DNA from: Chitinivibrionales bacterium
GTDB taxonomy: Bacteria > Fibrobacterota > Chitinivibrionia > Chitinivibrionales > WJKA01
Direction: 5' to 3'
Length of the DNA: 39,972 bases
Assembly: GCA_038247415.1 (NCBI GenBank)
Contig: JBBRUX010000037.1
Coordinates: 1 to 39,972 of the forward strand
Shown here: one piece after another, positions 37,383 to 39,972 of the stretch
Layout of the letters: each line of letters begins with the position of its first letter
Numbering within the stretch: position 1 is the first letter of the stretch
Notes under the pieces: model-generated
Told to the model about the DNA's origin: nothing
Database searches by the model: none
Seen by the model: only the letters and a program-made list of their open reading frames with translations
Position numbers and translations under genes: made by a program

Positions 37383-38567
37383 ATGGGACGCATCGCCATA
37401 GCAGGTCTTGGCGCAATTAGTGCACTTGGCACAAACCTCGATTCAACGTTTTTGGCGATTGCAGAAGGTGTTGATGGATTAAAACCATTTAACGAATTTG
37501 ACACAGGGCTCAAGGCTCACCCCTCTCTTGCCTCCATTTCACAACCTCTCTGTAAAGTACCCTTCTCGCCGCCAAGCAGAACCGCACACCTTGCCGCTCT
37601 TGCCATACAAGAATCTCTTCAGCCCATATCTAATCGCAAAGGATTACGACTCGGGCTTGTTTTTGCCACAACAGTTGGTGGAATTACCAATTCGGAACGT
37701 GTATACCAGCACCTCATACAAAACAAGATTTCTGTTGCAGAAGCAGCACACGGTTTCAATTCACATGAAGCTACATCATGCAGCGGATACCTAGCCAACA
37801 TGGTTCAAGCGCAGGGGTTTTACACACTTTCGACAGCGTGTTCAAGCGGTTTACATGCGATTGGAATGGCAAAACGACTTATCGAACAGGATCAATTCGA
37901 TCTTTGCCTTGCAGTGGGGGCCGATGCGTTATCTCTGCTTACCATTCGTGGATTTGCAGGCCTCCTTCTTCTTGACGCAGCAGGATGCCGCCCGTTCGAT
38001 GCAACCCGTGCAGGAACATCTCTTGGAGAAGGTGCGGGTTCTATGCTCTTGGCATCTGATCATGCAATGGAAAAACGTAACCTTTCCTCTCTCGGATTTA
38101 TTTCTGGGTATGGTTCATCTGCAGATTGCCATCATATGACGGCCCCTCATCCAGAAGGCGATGGAGCAAAACGATCTGTGAAACAAGCACTGTTAGACGC
38201 ACAGCTTTCAAGTGCCGATATCAATGCTATTGCCTCGCATGGAACGGGAACTCCCGACAACGATTATGCAGAAATTCAGGGAATGAAATCGGTGTTTGCT
38301 TCGTTACCTCCTTTTTATTCTGTAAAGAGATCGCTTGGCCATACACTTGGAGCCAGTGGTACGCTTGAAGCAGTGATAGCTGCACGCTGTTTACAAGAGG
38401 GCGTAATTCCTCGAACTGTAGGATTTAACCAGCTCGACGAAAGAATCGGCTGCGCTCCATCTCCTCTGCAAAAAACTATGCTTACCCATATCCTTAAAAA
38501 TTCTTTTGGCTTTGGCGGAAATAATGCATCGGTTATTATCTCAAAAAGTCAAACAGAGGTGCTATGA
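37383..38567 (+). CDS. Beta-ketoacyl-ACP synthase (KS), catalytic triad intact
   Basis: STACSSG, CRPFDATRAGTSLGEGA, DCHHMTAPHPEG, SHGTGTPDND, KRSLGHTLGA, NSFGFGGNN. Confidence 0.93.
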   Translation: MGRIAIAGLGAISALGTNLDSTFLAIAEGVDGLKPFNEFDTGLKAHPSLASISQPLCKVPFSPPSRTAHLAALAIQESLQPISNRKGLRLGLVFATTVGGITNSERVYQHLIQNKISVAEAAHGFNSHEATSCSGYLANMVQAQGFYTLSTACSSGLHAIGMAKRLIEQDQFDLCLAVGADALSLLTIRGFAGLLLLDAAGCRPFDATRAGTSLGEGAGSMLLASDHAMEKRNLSSLGFISGYGSSADCHHMTAPHPEGDGAKRSVKQALLDAQLSSADINAIASHGTGTPDNDYAEIQGMKSVFASLPPFYSVKRSLGHTLGASGTLEAVIAARCLQEGVIPRTVGFNQLDERIGCAPSPLQKTMLTHILKNSFGFGGNNASVIISKSQTEVL

Positions 38568-39352
38568 TAAAGTCATTAAGCCTTAGCGCCTATGCTGCCT
38601 TACGACCGTTGCAAGAACCCGACTGGCACACCAAAGTTCCTGCTGCTATCAAGCGTCGCGATCCCCGAATTTGGCAAATGGCACACATGGCTGTTTTGCG
38701 ATTGCTCGAAAAAGGTTTTTCTGCTCCAGCAAGCATAATAACAGCTACAGCTTTTGGCGCCCTCGACGAAACAAGGTCTTTTCTTGAGGGTGTTTACACG
38801 AGAGATTTTGGATCGCCTCGAAACTTTATTGCCTCGGTTCATAATAGTATGGGCGGAAAAGTTGCACTTGATTTTGGCATTCGCGGCGAAAATCTCACGG
38901 TGTGCGATGGGCCCAATTCTCTTGCGTCTGCGCTTTCGTTATCGTGCGCGCTACCAGCATCAGCATTTCCGGTTTTAGTTCTTGCTATCGATGAATCATT
39001 CGAACTTTTAAAAAACCTTATCCCCCATATGCCAGCACCGTGCGGAACCTGGCTTAATTCTCATTGGGAAGAATCTGCTGTAGCATTTTTGCTCACATCT
39101 TCAGAAACTAATCCCACTAAAACACCGCAGATTTCTGCATGTGCACCTTTTCCTGTTGCATCGTTGCACTGTGAAGCTAAACTTGCGTCAATGTGCAAAA
39201 TGCATTGGAAATTGCAGCCATCAAGCTCATCTATTTCTGTAAACCCATCTCTGGACCTTATTGACGCGATTTCTGGAGTATCAAACCAAACGCATATCTG
39301 TTCTTATTCTCCTGCGGGGAATGCTGCCGCAATAATATCTGTATGCGCTTAA
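38564..39352 (+). CDS. Beta-ketoacyl synthase chain length factor
   Basis: VPAAIKRR, ITATAFGAL, SPRNFIASVHNSMGGKVAL...GENLT; no catalytic Cys motif; ATGA overlap. Confidence 0.8.
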   Translation: MIKSLSLSAYAALRPLQEPDWHTKVPAAIKRRDPRIWQMAHMAVLRLLEKGFSAPASIITATAFGALDETRSFLEGVYTRDFGSPRNFIASVHNSMGGKVALDFGIRGENLTVCDGPNSLASALSLSCALPASAFPVLVLAIDESFELLKNLIPHMPAPCGTWLNSHWEESAVAFLLTSSETNPTKTPQISACAPFPVASLHCEAKLASMCKMHWKLQPSSSSISVNPSLDLIDAISGVSNQTHICSYSPAGNAAAIISVCA

Positions 39353-39972
39353 CACCAAGCCATATATGGTCGGTAACACTTCTTGTATCCACAATACTCC
39401 TTTTTGTACAAAGCATTTCCCCATACTTTGCGCTAGCGCTTATCGTAACTCATTTTTGCATTCTTATTCTTGGGATACTCCATTTGCGTCTTCAGTTTTT
39501 CGGCATATCTCTGTGCTTTGTCAAAACCTCTGCGCCTTTTATTTACTTGACATTTGATGATGGCCCAGACCCGCTTGTAACTCCAGCAGTACTTGACTTA
39601 CTTGCAGAATATCGGTTTAAAGCCACATTTTTTTGCATTGGAAACAAGGCCACACAGCATCCCGAAATACTTAAACGATGCAGGAACGAAGGACATACCA
39701 TTGGGGTTCACGATCTTACACATTCTTTTTTGTCAAATATTCGCCGACCCAAGAGTATGGAGCAAGAAATAAGCGAGGCGACTCTCCTCCTTGCCGAAAT
39801 AACCGGCACTACACCAACTCTTTACAGACCCCCAATAGGACTTTCTAACCCCTATTTACATAAGGTTCTCAAAAATCTGGGGCTTGTTTGTGTAGGATTT
39901 AATCGATGGCCAGGAGATGCGGGAAACAAAAGACCCGAGCGTATAGGACGCATACTAAAGCAGATAAAAAGC
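39343..39972 (+). CDS. Polysaccharide deacetylase (NodB/CE4) with N-terminal TM segments, truncated by window end
   Basis: Not in ORF track; ATG 39343 frame gives LTFDDGPDP, KATFFCIG, EGHTIGVHDLTH, YRPPIG and stays open to the end. Confidence 0.88.
   Translation, partial: MRLTPSHIWSVTLLVSTILLFVQSISPYFALALIVTHFCILILGILHLRLQFFGISLCFVKTSAPFIYLTFDDGPDPLVTPAVLDLLAEYRFKATFFCIGNKATQHPEILKRCRNEGHTIGVHDLTHSFLSNIRRPKSMEQEISEATLLLAEITGTTPTLYRPPIGLSNPYLHKVLKNLGLVCVGFNRWPGDAGNKRPERIGRILKQIKS

Noticed and set aside
1..39972. CRISPR arrays, tRNA/rRNA genes, intact IS elements, integrases, canonical parS
   Set aside because: No regularly spaced repeats, RNA-gene signatures, complete transposase/integrase ORFs or TGTTTCACGTGAAACA-like sites were seen by eye

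Overview
Bacterial chromosomal window with three parts. (1) About 0.2-18.9 kb: an AbiEi/AbiEii type IV toxin-antitoxin pair; glgA coupled to a CheY-like regulator; ettA; a tightly coupled minus-strand operon (NTT/TLC-type transporter with HEAT repeats, stand-alone cNMP-binding protein, solute-binding lipoprotein, TPR protein, membrane protein); infA; pdxB; an ADP-ribosylglycohydrolase with a PfkB-fold protein lacking its catalytic motif; and a HAMP-GGDEF gene with a TPR/AgmX-like gene. (2) About 18.9-29.4 kb: an accessory, partly eroded island. It holds a sigma54 two-component system with two -24/-12 promoters sharing a palindromic enhancer, several intact membrane/hydrolase genes, many gene remnants, and a RelE-like/XRE toxin-antitoxin locus whose toxin is broken. 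(3) About 29.4-40 kb: an orphan ParB-family gene; a serS / histidine kinase / PorX-like regulator / tsaE operon in which the PglZ metal ligands look degenerate; and the start of a flexirubin/aryl-polyene-type type II FAS/PKS cluster that runs off the window end. The gene mix suggests an FCB-group organism, possibly Fibrobacterota (inference only). No rRNA, tRNA or CRISPR array was seen. All family calls come from reading motifs by eye, not from database searches.
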